DNA of 64,000 nt, taken from NCBI GenBank assembly GCA_041918615.1, contig JAYRVH010000046.1:7990-71989 (forward strand), given 5' to 3'. The position numbers were made by a program, and so were the translations under genes. Below the pieces are notes generated by a model, which did no database searches, was not told the DNA's origin, and saw only the letters and a list, made by a program, of their open reading frames with translations. This document shows positions 34,445 through 46,928 of this stretch, in pieces (the stretch's first letter is position 1; each line of letters starts with the position of its first letter). The DNA is from Acidimicrobiales bacterium. Its GTDB lineage: Bacteria; Actinomycetota; Acidimicrobiia; Acidimicrobiales; DATDAH01.

Positions 34445-35509
34445 TCATGGCTCCTCGAGGCGTCGCTCGGCGACCGCGAAGCCACGCTCGATGAGCGCCT
34501 CGTGCAGGCGCGTTGCGGCGCCGGACTCGACCAGCAGCAGCAGGACGCCTTTGTCGCCCTCGGCCGAGTGGGCCAGTTCGAGGTCGGCGATGCTGATGTC
34601 GAGCTCGGTGGCCAGTGTGGTCACCTCGGCCAGTGCTCCCGGGCGGTCGGTCACCGGTACCCGCAACTCGCTCAACTGGTCGGGTCGCGAGAACCGCACC
34701 GGCAGGTTGGCTCGGGCGACCCGTGCGGACTCGAGCGCGCGGAGGAGGCCGTCGCGATCGCCGTTGGCCACCACCGAGCGCATGTCGCCCAGCGCACCGA
34801 TCAGCCGGTCGAGGGTGTCGACGATGGCGTCACGGTTCTCGCCGCAGATGTCGGGCCAGATGCCCGGGTGTCCCGCCGCGACCCTCGTCATGTCACGGAA
34901 GCCACCGGCCGCGAGGCGGAGCAGGGCGCGATGGTCGGCCGACCGCTCGTCGGCGAGGGCCAGGAGCGTGGCCGCCGTGAGGTGCGGCACGTGCGAGACC
35001 ACCGCGACGAGCGAATCGTGACGATCGGGAGGGATGGCCACCACCTCGGCACCGAAGCCCGAGACCACCGAGCGGACCGTGGTGTACGCGGTCTCGTCCG
35101 TGTGGTCGTCGGGCGTGAGCACCCAGACCGCCCCCTCGAAGAGATCGGCGCGCGCCCCCTCGACCCCCTCCTGCTCGGAGCCGGCCATCGGGTGGCCGCC
35201 CACGAAGCGGGCGTCGGCCACCGCCCTGACGATCGGGCCCTTCACGCTGCCGACGTCGGTGACCACGCCGGGCCCGCCTGCCAGTGCTGCCGACGACAAT
35301 CCGGCAACCGTTCGCACCGGTGTGGCCACGAACGTGAGCGCGGCTGCCGGGTCGGCGCCGACCTCGTCGAGCGCACCAAGGTCGAGGGCCAGCCGGGCCC
35401 GCGACGCGTCGGCATCCACGCCACTCACGTGCCAACCCTGACGCCGCAGCGCAAGACCGATCGATCCCCCGATGAGCCCGGTGCCGACCACCGCGGCGCG
35501 CCCGGCCAT
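34445..35509 (-). CDS. tyrA: Prephenate dehydrogenase with C-terminal ACT domain
   Basis: MAGRAAVVGTGLIGGSIG Rossmann loop, GGHPMAGSE, and an ACT-like tail. Start at ATG 35509. Confidence 0.9.
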   Translation of the reverse strand: MAGRAAVVGTGLIGGSIGLALRRQGWHVSGVDADASRARLALDLGALDEVGADPAAALTFVATPVRTVAGLSSAALAGGPGVVTDVGSVKGPIVRAVADARFVGGHPMAGSEQEGVEGARADLFEGAVWVLTPDDHTDETAYTTVRSVVSGFGAEVVAIPPDRHDSLVAVVSHVPHLTAATLLALADERSADHRALLRLAAGGFRDMTRVAAGHPGIWPDICGENRDAIVDTLDRLIGALGDMRSVVANGDRDGLLRALESARVARANLPVRFSRPDQLSELRVPVTDRPGALAEVTTLATELDISIADLELAHSAEGDKGVLLLLVESGAATRLHEALIERGFAVAERRLEEP

Positions 35510-35519
35510 GACGTCGCCG

Positions 35520-35885
35520 TCAGCCGGGAAGGTCGTCGCGGAGCCCGCGAGCGCCTTCGAGGTACACGTGGTGCAGGTCGGCCCGGCTGGTCCTGCTCTC
35601 GAGGTGCACGAGCACCCTGATGCACCTGGGCTCGCCACCTTCGATCGTGAGCTCCTGGGCGCAGAGCAGCGGCACGTCGCCCAACCCGCACTTTCGGGCG
35701 GCCTCGGCCGGAAACGCCGAATGGATGTCGGCCGTGGCGGTGAAGATCACCGAGATGAGCTGGTCGTGATCGATCGCGTTGCGCTCGAACATGGCCTCGA
35801 GCAGGGCGATCACCCGGTCGTGCAGGTGCTCACGGGTGTCCTCGTCGATCGTGGTGGCGCCACGGAGGGCTCGCACGGGAGACAC
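35520..35885 (-). CDS. aroH: Chorismate mutase, AroH class
   Basis: VRALRGATTIDEDT...VIFTATADI.... Confidence 0.88.
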   Translation of the reverse strand: MSPVRALRGATTIDEDTREHLHDRVIALLEAMFERNAIDHDQLISVIFTATADIHSAFPAEAARKCGLGDVPLLCAQELTIEGGEPRCIRVLVHLESRTSRADLHHVYLEGARGLRDDLPG

Positions 35886-35896
35886 GACCGGGTACC

Positions 35897-36646
35897 CTAC
35901 CGGCGCTCGTGGGCGGCAGGATCATGCTCGGCGGCGGCCAGCCGCAGCTCGTGGACCTCGGCGCCGGTCAGGGCGCGCCACTCCCCCGGCGCCAGGTTGC
36001 GCTCGGCGAGCGGTCCGATGCGCGTCCGGACCAGGCGCCTCACACGATGGCCCACCGCCTCGCACATGCGCCGAACCTGGCGGTTGCGGCCTTCGTGGAT
36101 CGTGATGCGCAGGAGGCGGTCCCCGACCAGCGACACCCGGGCGGGAGCGGTGCGGCCGTCCGGGAGGTCGACACCCTCACGGAGACGTCGCAGCGCCGCT
36201 CTCGGCGGGTTCGAGTCGAGCTCGGCGAGGTACTCCTTGTCGACGCCGAAGGAGGGGTGGGTGAGGCGATGGGTGAGCTCGCCCTCGTTGGTGAGGATCA
36301 GGAGGCCTTCGGTGTCGAGGTCGAGGCGACCGACGGGGTGCACCCTCGGCTCGGCCGGAACCAGGTCGACCACGGTGGGGCGCCCCTGGGGGTCGTCGGC
36401 GGTGGTGACCACCCCGGCGGGCTTGTTGAGCACGTAGTGGACCAGTCCCGGACGCACGCCGACGACGGCTCCGTCGACCACGACCTCGTCGGCCTCGGGG
36501 TCGACCCGGTCGCCGAGGGTCGCGACGACCCCGTTGACGGTCACCCGCTCGTCGGCGATGAGCGCCTCGCAGGCCCGGCGACTGCCGAGGCCCGCACGCG
36601 CCAGTGCCTTCTGCAGCCGCTCCCGGGTGGGCTCAGTGGTCGTCAC
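35897..36646 (-). CDS. rluB: Pseudouridine synthase (RluB/RsuA family) with S4 domain
   Basis: RLQKALARAGLGSRR (S4 domain) and catalytic HPVGRLDLDTEGLLILTNEG. GTG start at 36646 overlaps the scpB end by 14 nt. Confidence 0.9.
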   Translation of the reverse strand: MTTTEPTRERLQKALARAGLGSRRACEALIADERVTVNGVVATLGDRVDPEADEVVVDGAVVGVRPGLVHYVLNKPAGVVTTADDPQGRPTVVDLVPAEPRVHPVGRLDLDTEGLLILTNEGELTHRLTHPSFGVDKEYLAELDSNPPRAALRRLREGVDLPDGRTAPARVSLVGDRLLRITIHEGRNRQVRRMCEAVGHRVRRLVRTRIGPLAERNLAPGEWRALTGAEVHELRLAAAEHDPAAHERR

Positions 36647-37325
36647 CCGGGGCCACCCCCGGGCCCGGCGGCGGCTCGGGAGTTGGGGGAACCCCGCCCT
36701 GCTGCACCCCGCCCTGCGGCACCCCGCCCTGCTGCACCCCGCCCTGCGACGTCCCACCGTGCGCCGGCTCCGGGCGAAGCCCCGCCTCGAGCGCCTCGAC
36801 GACACGGGCATCGGGGACGAACTCGCCGAGCGGTGGCAGGTCGGCGAGCTCGTAGAGGCCCAGCTTCTCGAGGAAGACGGCGGTGGTGCCGAAGAGCACG
36901 GCCTGGCCGGGACCGGGGTCGCGTGCGGTCTCGGCGATGTAGCCACGTTGTTGGAGCGTGCGCATCACCCCGTCGACGTCGACGCCACGGATGGCCGACA
37001 CCTGGGCACGGGACACGGGCTGCTTGTAGGCCACGATGGCCAGGGTCTCGAGGGCCGCGGCGGAGAGACGGGACGACTGGCCTTCGAGCACGAAGCGCTC
37101 GACGTAGGCGGCCAGGTCCGGGTGGCTCGAGAAGCGGTACCCGCCGGCCACCCGCACCAGCGCGAAGCCCCGCTCGTCGAGCTCGTAGGCCGTGGCCAGC
37201 TCGGCACACAGCTCGTCCACCCGGTCGGCCGACACCTCGAGCAGTTGGGCGAGCAGGTGGGGCTCGACGGGCTGGTCGGCCACCATCAGGATGGCCTCGA
37301 TCGCGCGCACCGCTTCGCTCGCCAT
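36633..37325 (-). CDS. scpB: Segregation and condensation protein B
   Basis: AIEAILMVADQPV...LSAAALETLAIVAYKQPVSRAQVSAIRGV. Gly/Gln repeat tail. Confidence 0.92.
   Translation of the reverse strand: MASEAVRAIEAILMVADQPVEPHLLAQLLEVSADRVDELCAELATAYELDERGFALVRVAGGYRFSSHPDLAAYVERFVLEGQSSRLSAAALETLAIVAYKQPVSRAQVSAIRGVDVDGVMRTLQQRGYIAETARDPGPGQAVLFGTTAVFLEKLGLYELADLPPLGEFVPDARVVEALEAGLRPEPAHGGTSQGGVQQGGVPQGGVQQGGVPPTPEPPPGPGVAPGDDH
36691..36750 (-). repeat. Four tandem 15-nt units in the scpB 3' end (QGGV[QP] tail)
   Basis: ACCCCGCCCTGC plus 3 nt, repeated four times. Confidence 0.85.
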
Positions 37326-37331
37326 CGCCCG

Positions 37332-38141
37332 TCAGCCCTCGTAGACGTCGACGGCCGCCAGCTCGGCATCGACCTCGCCGACCGCACCCACCCGGCCTTC
37401 GGTATCGGTGCCGGCGCCGGTCCACAGGATGCGGATCTCGCCGAAGCTCGCCCCCTGGTCGAGGTCGACCCAGCCCAGCTTGAACAGCTCGAGGATCGCC
37501 AGGAAGCGCACCACGACCTCGAGCCGTTCGACCAGCGACCGGGTGAGGGCCTCGAAGGTGATGGCACCGACACGCGGCAGCTCGTCCAACAGCTCCTCGA
37601 CCGCATCGGCCACGCTGATGCGCACCGGCGCCACATGTTCGAGGTCGATCCGGACCTCGGGCCTCGGGGCGACCGCCCGCAGGAAGGCGTCACGCAGGTC
37701 CACCGGCGACACGCCAGCGAGCAGGTCCGGGGCGACCTCGACGAAGCGGTCCTCCAGGCCGGCGGTGCGAGGATGTGAGCGGCCCGCCTCGGCGGCCATC
37801 CGCTGCAGGACGACCGAGGCGTCCTTGAAGGTCTTGCACTCGAGCAGTCGCGCCAGCAGCAGGTCGCGTTCCTCCCACAGGGCCAGCTCGTCGTCGAGGT
37901 CGAGGTCGCTGTCGCCCGGGAGCAGCCGTCTCGACTTGAGCTCGACGAGGGTGGCCGCGATCAACAGGAACTCGGTGGCGATCTCGAGATCGAAGGCCTC
38001 GAGGCGATCGAGCTCGGCGAGGTAGGCATCGACGATGTCGGTCAGAGCCACCTCGTAGAGGTCGACCTGATCTCGCAGGATGAGGTGCAGGAGAAGATCG
38101 AACGGCCCCTCGTACACCGGGGTCTGGACCGCGTACGTCAT
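37332..38141 (-). CDS. scpA: Segregation and condensation protein A (kleisin)
   Basis: YEGPFDLLLHLI...FLLIAATLVELKSRRLLP. Confidence 0.92.
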   Translation of the reverse strand: MTYAVQTPVYEGPFDLLLHLILRDQVDLYEVALTDIVDAYLAELDRLEAFDLEIATEFLLIAATLVELKSRRLLPGDSDLDLDDELALWEERDLLLARLLECKTFKDASVVLQRMAAEAGRSHPRTAGLEDRFVEVAPDLLAGVSPVDLRDAFLRAVAPRPEVRIDLEHVAPVRISVADAVEELLDELPRVGAITFEALTRSLVERLEVVVRFLAILELFKLGWVDLDQGASFGEIRILWTGAGTDTEGRVGAVGEVDAELAAVDVYEG

Positions 38142-38150
38142 CGTGCCCCG

Positions 38151-38203
38151 ACTCTAGAGGCCGCCGAATGCGCTCCGGTGCATCCCCACCCGGTGCCTAT
38201 CCT
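38151..38203. promoter_or_regulatory. Divergent -10-like hexamers for scpA (TAGAGT, 9 nt from ATG) and trpS (TATCCT, 8 nt from ATG)
   Basis: actcta at 38151-38156 (minus-strand TAGAGT) and tatcct at 38198-38203. The spacing is slightly long for a strictly leaderless start. Confidence 0.3.
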
Positions 38204-38211
38204 CGTCTCCC

Positions 38212-39195
38212 ATGGCTCGCGTGTTCTCCGGCATCAAGCCCACCGGCGACGTCCACCTCGGCAACCTGTTGGGCGCGCTGGTGCACTGGGTCGACGCCCA
38301 GCACCATGCCCAGTGCGTCTACTGCGTTGTCGACCTGCACGCGCTGACGGTCACCCATGACCCCGCCGAGCTGCGCGACACCACGCTCGGGTTGTCGCAG
38401 CTCCTGCTCGCCGTGGGCCTCGACCCCGACCTGTGCACGCTGTTCGTGCAGAGCCACGTCCACGAGCACGCCGAGGGGGCGTGGCTGATGGAGTGCACCG
38501 CCGCCTTCGGCGAGATGCGGCGCATGACGCAGTTCAAGGAGAAGTCCGAGCGGGCGGACTTCGTCTCCACCGGGCTCTTCACCTACCCGGCGCTCCAGGC
38601 CGCCGACATCCTGCTCTACGACACCGACCGGGTGCCCGTCGGCGAGGACCAGCGCCAACACGTCGAGCTCACCCGCGACCTCGCCACCCGCTTCAACCAC
38701 CGCTACGGCGACACCTTCGTCGTGCCCGAGGCGACGGTGCCCCCGTCGGGCTCCCGGGTCATGGACCTGCAGGTGCCGACCGACAAGATGTCGAAGTCGC
38801 AGGACTCGCCGCAGGGCACGATCGGCGTGCTCGACGACCCCTCGGCCATCACCAGGAAGATCAAGCGGGCCGTCACCGACACCGAGACCGAGGTGCGCTT
38901 CGACGTCGCCGCCAAGCCCGGGGTGTCCAACCTGCTCTCGATCCTCGGTGCCGCCACGGGCCGGCGCCCCGAGGACGTGGCGACGGGATACGCCCAGTAC
39001 GGGCCGCTGAAGGCGGACACCGCCGAGGCCGTGGTCGAGCTGCTCCGGCCCATCCAGCACCGCTACCACGAGCTTGCCGCCGATCCGGCAGAGACGGCGG
39101 CCCTGCTCGAGAAGGGGGCCGCGAAGGCCCGGGCCGTGTCGGCGGTGGTCCTCGACCGGGCCAAGCGCAACATCGGGCTGCTGCCACGCCGCTGA
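38212..39195 (+). CDS. trpS: Tryptophan--tRNA ligase
   Basis: GIKPTGDVHLGN (HIGH-like) and KMSKS. Typical size at 327 aa. Confidence 0.95.
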   Translation: MARVFSGIKPTGDVHLGNLLGALVHWVDAQHHAQCVYCVVDLHALTVTHDPAELRDTTLGLSQLLLAVGLDPDLCTLFVQSHVHEHAEGAWLMECTAAFGEMRRMTQFKEKSERADFVSTGLFTYPALQAADILLYDTDRVPVGEDQRQHVELTRDLATRFNHRYGDTFVVPEATVPPSGSRVMDLQVPTDKMSKSQDSPQGTIGVLDDPSAITRKIKRAVTDTETEVRFDVAAKPGVSNLLSILGAATGRRPEDVATGYAQYGPLKADTAEAVVELLRPIQHRYHELAADPAETAALLEKGAAKARAVSAVVLDRAKRNIGLLPRR

Positions 39196-39242
39196 GTCGG
39201 TCCGAGCCTCGATCGGACACCTGTCCTTCGAAGCACGTCGGG

Positions 39243-39746
39243 TCAGGGCTCGACGAGCACCTTCTCGAACCAGTGGTGGGCGTAGGGCTCGTCGTTGAAG
39301 GCCGGGATCTCGCGGTAGCCGGCAGCGCGATACATGACGATGGCCTCGGTGAGCGCCCGGTTGGTGTCGAGGTGGACCGACCGACAGCCGTGCTCGGCGG
39401 CGCGTGCCTCGAGCCCGGCCAGCAGCCGGCGGCCGACACCCAGTCCCCGCGCCTCGGGTGCCACCCAGATGCGCTTCAGCTCGGCCGGCTCCGTGCCGTG
39501 GAACTTCACCGCCCCGCACCCGAGCGGCTCGGCGCGCCGCGATGCCACCAGGAACAGGCCCGCGGGCGGCCGCATCTCGTCGAACGCCGCCGGCAGGCTG
39601 CGGGCCTGGTCGAACCCGGCATCGAAGCGGCGGTCGAGCTCGTCGTAGTACTCGCGCAGGCAGTGCTCCACGTGGGCGTGGGCCGGGTCGACCGCCTCGA
39701 TGACGAGGTCGTCACCGGGCGCGACCAGTGAAGGGCGCGGCCCCAC
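39243..39746 (-). CDS. GNAT-family N-acetyltransferase
   Basis: RIWVAPEARGLGVGRRLL (acetyl-CoA Q/RxxGxG/A motif). GTG start at 39746, 17 nt after the DUF4031 stop. Confidence 0.8.
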   Translation of the reverse strand: MGPRPSLVAPGDDLVIEAVDPAHAHVEHCLREYYDELDRRFDAGFDQARSLPAAFDEMRPPAGLFLVASRRAEPLGCGAVKFHGTEPAELKRIWVAPEARGLGVGRRLLAGLEARAAEHGCRSVHLDTNRALTEAIVMYRAAGYREIPAFNDEPYAHHWFEKVLVEP

Positions 39747-39763
39747 CGGCGACCCGGGCGTCG

Positions 39764-40051
39764 TCACGCCGACCCGTCGCCCGAACGTCGACGCCGGCGG
39801 GCGGGTCTGCGCAGGCCGGCGTCCCGAAGCCGCCGCACCAGCACACGGGCATCGACCGGCTCGGCGCCCAGTTCGATGGCACGCGCTCGGTAGTCGGCAG
39901 GGATGTCGTAGTGGTCGCCGTGGAAGGCCCGCCTGGGCAGCCCGAGGCGCTGGGCGAAGGCATGCAGCTCGTCGTGGTCCGCGTCGCTCACCAGGTGCGC
40001 CCATCGACGCTCGTGCCGCGGCCAGATGGCCTGGTCGACCAGGATCGTCAC
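39764..40051 (-). CDS. DUF4031-family protein
   Basis: TILVDQAIWPRHERRWAHLVSDADHDELHAFAQRLGLPRRAFHGDHYDIP. GTGA overlap with the upstream HD gene. Confidence 0.75.
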   Translation of the reverse strand: MTILVDQAIWPRHERRWAHLVSDADHDELHAFAQRLGLPRRAFHGDHYDIPADYRARAIELGAEPVDARVLVRRLRDAGLRRPARRRRRSGDGSA

Positions 40052-40560
40052 TCGTCGGCGGCGGCGAGCACCTCGCCCACCTCACGCGGGATCGTCCATG
40101 CCTCGGGAGGATCGTGGTGCTCTCTGGCCCACGCCACCGTGAGCGGATCGCTGCCCGCGAGGCTGAGCATGTCGGCGCCGAGCTGCGGGTACTCCGCGTA
40201 CAGGCCGAGGCGCCGCCACATGCCCCGCGTCTGGGTCCATGCCGCCACGGTCTTCTTTCCGGCCAGCGCGATGGTGACCGTGGCCACCACCCTCCCGTAG
40301 GTGCGCAGGCCCGAATCGGTCTTGCCGATGTCGTGCAGGAGTGCCGCCGCCATCACGGGGTACGTGGCATCGGCCCCCAGGGCATCCTCGACCCGTCGGC
40401 CCACGCGCACCGCGTGCCGCTTGTCGGGGTTGGACATGAGCGCCCACAGGTCTCGCTCGGACGCGAGCAGGTGGCTCTCGGCCCAGACGACATCGTCATG
40501 CCGCGGCGCTCCGGGCCTGAGCGAACCGAAGAAACGCCTTGCCGCGTGAGCGATGTTCAC
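40048..40560 (-). CDS. HD-domain phosphohydrolase-like protein
   Basis: AAALLHDIGK. GTG start at 40560 (VNIAHAARRFFGSL). Confidence 0.75.
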   Translation of the reverse strand: MNIAHAARRFFGSLRPGAPRHDDVVWAESHLLASERDLWALMSNPDKRHAVRVGRRVEDALGADATYPVMAAALLHDIGKTDSGLRTYGRVVATVTIALAGKKTVAAWTQTRGMWRRLGLYAEYPQLGADMLSLAGSDPLTVAWAREHHDPPEAWTIPREVGEVLAAADE

Positions 40561-40585
40561 GTCGCCGACCTGCGAGGAGGCAACT

Positions 40586-40915
40586 TCAGGCGTGCGAGAT
40601 GCAGAACCGCGTGGCCGGCATGGCCTCGAGGCGTGGGGCCGCGATCGCCTCGCCGCAGGTCTCACACGTCCCGTAGGAGCCGTCATCGAGCTTGGCGAGC
40701 GCACCCTCGACGTCGGCGAGCTGCTCCTTCAACGATCCCGACAGCGCGGCGGCCTCACCCTGCTCCGCGGCCACCTGGCCGGAGTCCGCGAAGTTCTCGT
40801 CGAAGCTCATACTGGCATCGCCGCTGGTGGCGAGCTCGTCGAGCTGGCCCCGGAGGTGGTCGCGCTCGCTCTCGAGCGAGGCACGGACGGCGGCGGGCAC
40901 GGGCTCGTTGGGCAC
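40586..40915 (-). CDS. DksA/TraR-family zinc-finger protein
   Basis: Coiled-coil N-terminus, then GTCETCGEAIAAPRLEAMPATRFCISHA. GTG start 3 nt after the xerD stop. Confidence 0.8.
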   Translation of the reverse strand: MPNEPVPAAVRASLESERDHLRGQLDELATSGDASMSFDENFADSGQVAAEQGEAAALSGSLKEQLADVEGALAKLDDGSYGTCETCGEAIAAPRLEAMPATRFCISHA

Positions 40916-40918
40916 CGC

Positions 40919-41899
40919 TCAAGGGTACCGAACGCCGGCCTCGGACGCGGCCACCCGACGGGCCGCCACCCGAGCGCGCGGATGTGCCGTGTCGTACACC
41001 TCCCACAGCCGCTCTGTGGACACCCGGGTGTACACCTGGGTGGTGCTGATCGACGCATGGCCCAGCATCTCCTGCACGGACCGGATGTCGGCGCCGTGGT
41101 CGACCATGTGCGTGGCGCACGAGTGGCGCAGCACGTGAGGCGACAGGTCGCCGAGCCCGGCCGTGTCGCCGTGACGCCGGACGATCTTCCATGCCGCCTG
41201 ACGGCTGAGCCGCCCGCCACGACGATTGAGGAACACCGCCTCCTCGTCCCCTCGCCGCGCCCATCGGTCCGGCTCGACCGATGGCCGACCGCCAGGGCCC
41301 AACCAGGCCCGGAGGCTGGCGCGCGCCGGTCGACCGACCGGCACCACCCGTTCCTTCGACCCCTTGCCGAAGGCGCGCAGCAGCGACGACTCGAGATCGA
41401 GGTCGCCGAGCGAGAGCCCGACCAGCTCGGAGATGCGCAGGCCCGTGCCGTAGAGCACCTCGAGGATGGCCCGGTCGCGGCGCGCCAACGGCTCGTCGCC
41501 CTCCACCGCGTCGAGCAGTGCCCCCACCTGCGCCTCGGACAGGGGTCGCGGGAGGCCGGACGGGACCGACGGCGGGTCGATGTCGGCGGCCGGATCAGCG
41601 GCGGCCATGCCCTCGGCGGCGAGGAAGCGGTGCATGGTGCGGACGGCGACCAGTGCCCGGGCCACCGACGCTATGGCTCGGTCGCCCTCCCGAAGGGCCG
41701 CCACGTACGCGAGCAGGTCGTCGGTGGTCACGCTCTCGAGGCCGAGCCCCTGCCGGTGGAGCCACCCCCAATACGCCCGAAGGTCTCTCCGGTAGGCCGA
41801 CAGGGTGTTCGGTGCCCGGCCTCGCTCGACCGCCAGCCAGGTGAGGAACTCCTCGGCCTCGAGCGGGAGCGGCGGAGTCTCGTCGGCAGCGGCGCCCAT
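40919..41899 (-). CDS. xerD: Site-specific tyrosine recombinase XerD
   Basis: LAVERGRAPNTLSAYRRDL; RDRAILEVLYGTGLRISELVGL; HVLRHSCATHM; LGHASISTTQVYTRV. Start at ATG 41899. Position beside pyrG-NUDIX matches Rv1701. Confidence 0.9.
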   Translation of the reverse strand: MGAAADETPPLPLEAEEFLTWLAVERGRAPNTLSAYRRDLRAYWGWLHRQGLGLESVTTDDLLAYVAALREGDRAIASVARALVAVRTMHRFLAAEGMAAADPAADIDPPSVPSGLPRPLSEAQVGALLDAVEGDEPLARRDRAILEVLYGTGLRISELVGLSLGDLDLESSLLRAFGKGSKERVVPVGRPARASLRAWLGPGGRPSVEPDRWARRGDEEAVFLNRRGGRLSRQAAWKIVRRHGDTAGLGDLSPHVLRHSCATHMVDHGADIRSVQEMLGHASISTTQVYTRVSTERLWEVYDTAHPRARVAARRVAASEAGVRYP

Positions 41900-41906
41900 G
41901 GCGCGA

Positions 41907-41931
41907 ACCGTAACGCCACCACCTCTACCAT
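41907..41931. promoter_or_regulatory. Divergent -10 boxes, each 7 nt from its ATG (xerD TACGGT; lipoprotein gene TACCAT)
   Basis: accgta at 41907-41912 (minus-strand TACGGT + tcgcgcc + ATG 41899). taccat at 41926-41931 + cgggcgg + ATG 41939. Confidence 0.45.
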
Positions 41932-41938
41932 CGGGCGG

Positions 41939-42439
41939 ATGCGCCGCTCCAACGCCTTCGGCTCCGCACCCCTTGCTGTGGTCGTGCTCGCCATCGCGAC
42001 GCTCACCCTCACCGGCTGCTCGAGCGCCTCCGACGATCCGGCCCTCACCACGAGCACGCAGGGGCCTTCGGCCACGGCCCCCGCCGCACCGCCCTCGACC
42101 ACGACGAGCACCACCGCCGCGGCCCCGACCGCACCGCCGGGCGGGCCCACCACCCCCACTGATCCGACTGCACAGCAGGCGGGTCAACGCCTGATCGACG
42201 CGTGGACGAACGGCGACGTCGTTGCCGCAGCCGCCGCCGTCGGGAGCGACGTGGCCAACGCCCTCTTCGCCCAGGCGACGCCCGACGCCGTGCAATCGCT
42301 GCCGTGCCGGGGCTCCGAGACCGTTCTCGACGCGGTCGAGTGCGACTACAGCAACGCCGACGGCGTGGTCACCCTCGTGATCGCGGGCAACGCCAGCAAC
42401 GGGTACCGCGTCGTCAACGTCGGATTCGTGCCGACCTGA
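41939..42439 (+). CDS. Lipoprotein of unknown function with Thr/Pro-rich linker
   Basis: MRRSNAFGSAPLAVVVLAIATLTLTGCSS (lipobox). Only the last 166 codons of ORF 40553..42439 look coding. Confidence 0.7.
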   Translation: MRRSNAFGSAPLAVVVLAIATLTLTGCSSASDDPALTTSTQGPSATAPAAPPSTTTSTTAAAPTAPPGGPTTPTDPTAQQAGQRLIDAWTNGDVVAAAAAVGSDVANALFAQATPDAVQSLPCRGSETVLDAVECDYSNADGVVTLVIAGNASNGYRVVNVGFVPT

Positions 42440-42463
42440 CACCGGATCCGCCGTGGCCCAGGC

Positions 42464-43009
42464 CTACGCCGACAGGAACTCGCGGGCGAGGGTGAGCCCG
42501 ATGATGGTCTTGGCGTCACAGAGGCGGCCGTCGGCGATCATGGCGGGCACCTCGCCAAGGGGCACCCGTTCGATGGTCATGTGGTGCTCCTCGACACCTT
42601 GGGCGGCTCGGGGCACCTCGCGCAGTGCGAGGCCCAGGAACACGTGGGACAGCTCGTCGCAGAACCCCGCCGAGTTGTAGAAGCGGGCCAGGGGCTCGAG
42701 GCGACCCGCCAGGAGACCGACCTCCTCGGCCAGCTCACGGTGCGCCGTGAGCTCCGGTGCCTCGCCGGGCACGTCCCGCTTGCCGGCCGGGATCTCGAGC
42801 AGCTCGGCTCCGACGGCGGCGCGGTACTGACGGACGAGCACCACCTGGCCGTCGTCGGTGACCGGCACCACCGAGACGGCACCGGGATGGTGCACCAGGT
42901 CACGGTCGAACGCGGTCCCGTCGGGAGCGGTGAACGAGCCCACGGCCACCGTGATCACCGCCCCGCGGTACAGCTCCCGCTCGGGGCCCTTCTCGAAGGC
43001 ACCGGTCAC
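42464..43009 (-). CDS. NUDIX hydrolase (ADP-ribose pyrophosphatase-like)
   Basis: Nudix box region GKRDVPGEAPELTAHRELAEEVG. GTG start at 43009, 7 nt after the pyrG stop. Confidence 0.85.
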   Translation of the reverse strand: MTGAFEKGPERELYRGAVITVAVGSFTAPDGTAFDRDLVHHPGAVSVVPVTDDGQVVLVRQYRAAVGAELLEIPAGKRDVPGEAPELTAHRELAEEVGLLAGRLEPLARFYNSAGFCDELSHVFLGLALREVPRAAQGVEEHHMTIERVPLGEVPAMIADGRLCDAKTIIGLTLAREFLSA

Positions 43010-43016
43010 CCGTGAC

Positions 43017-46423
<3,407 letters not shown>

Positions 46424-46451
46424 CCGGGCCCTGCGATCCGGATGCGCTCTG

Positions 46452-46928
46452 TCAGCGGGCTTCGGCGGCGGCTTTGAGGGCGGCGAGCGTCTGCTCCATG
46501 CCGGCCCGATTGTGCTCGGCACGGTCGGCGACACCTGTGGCGAAGCGCCCGGCCACCGTGATGACCTTGCCGCGCTCGTCGACCCACTCCTCGGTCACCG
46601 TGCACCCTCCGGCGTCGTCGCCGGAGAACCGGTAGCGCCACACGGCCACCGAGAGGCCCATCGCCTTGGTGCGGAAGGCGAACCGCGCGCCCGCGTCCGC
46701 CTCGATCACCTCGCAGACCGTGGACCAGCCGTGGCTTCCGTGCTGGTTCTTGCCCTTGAACCGAGCCCCGACCGCCGGACCGGTAGCACCACCGAGCCAC
46801 TCGGAGCCCGTGTTCTCAGGGCTCCACTCGCCCATCCGGGTGACGTCGCCGACCATGGCGTACACCGTCGCGGGGTCGGCCTCGATCGTGGTGCTCACGC
46901 TGACGGTGGGCGGCTTGGTCTGGGTCAT
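46452..46928 (-). CDS. SRPBCC (polyketide cyclase/dehydrase-like) family protein
   Basis: MTQTKPPTVSVSTTIEADPATVYAMVGDVTRMGEWSPE. TGATG one-nt overlap with the upstream gene. Confidence 0.8.
   Translation of the reverse strand: MTQTKPPTVSVSTTIEADPATVYAMVGDVTRMGEWSPENTGSEWLGGATGPAVGARFKGKNQHGSHGWSTVCEVIEADAGARFAFRTKAMGLSVAVWRYRFSGDDAGGCTVTEEWVDERGKVITVAGRFATGVADRAEHNRAGMEQTLAALKAAAEAR

Noticed and set aside
40553-41938. First 462 codons of plus-strand ORF 40553..42439.
   Set aside because: This part is antisense to the DksA-like and xerD genes and has a junk-like composition. Only the last 166 codons (lipoprotein, from ATG 41939) look coding.
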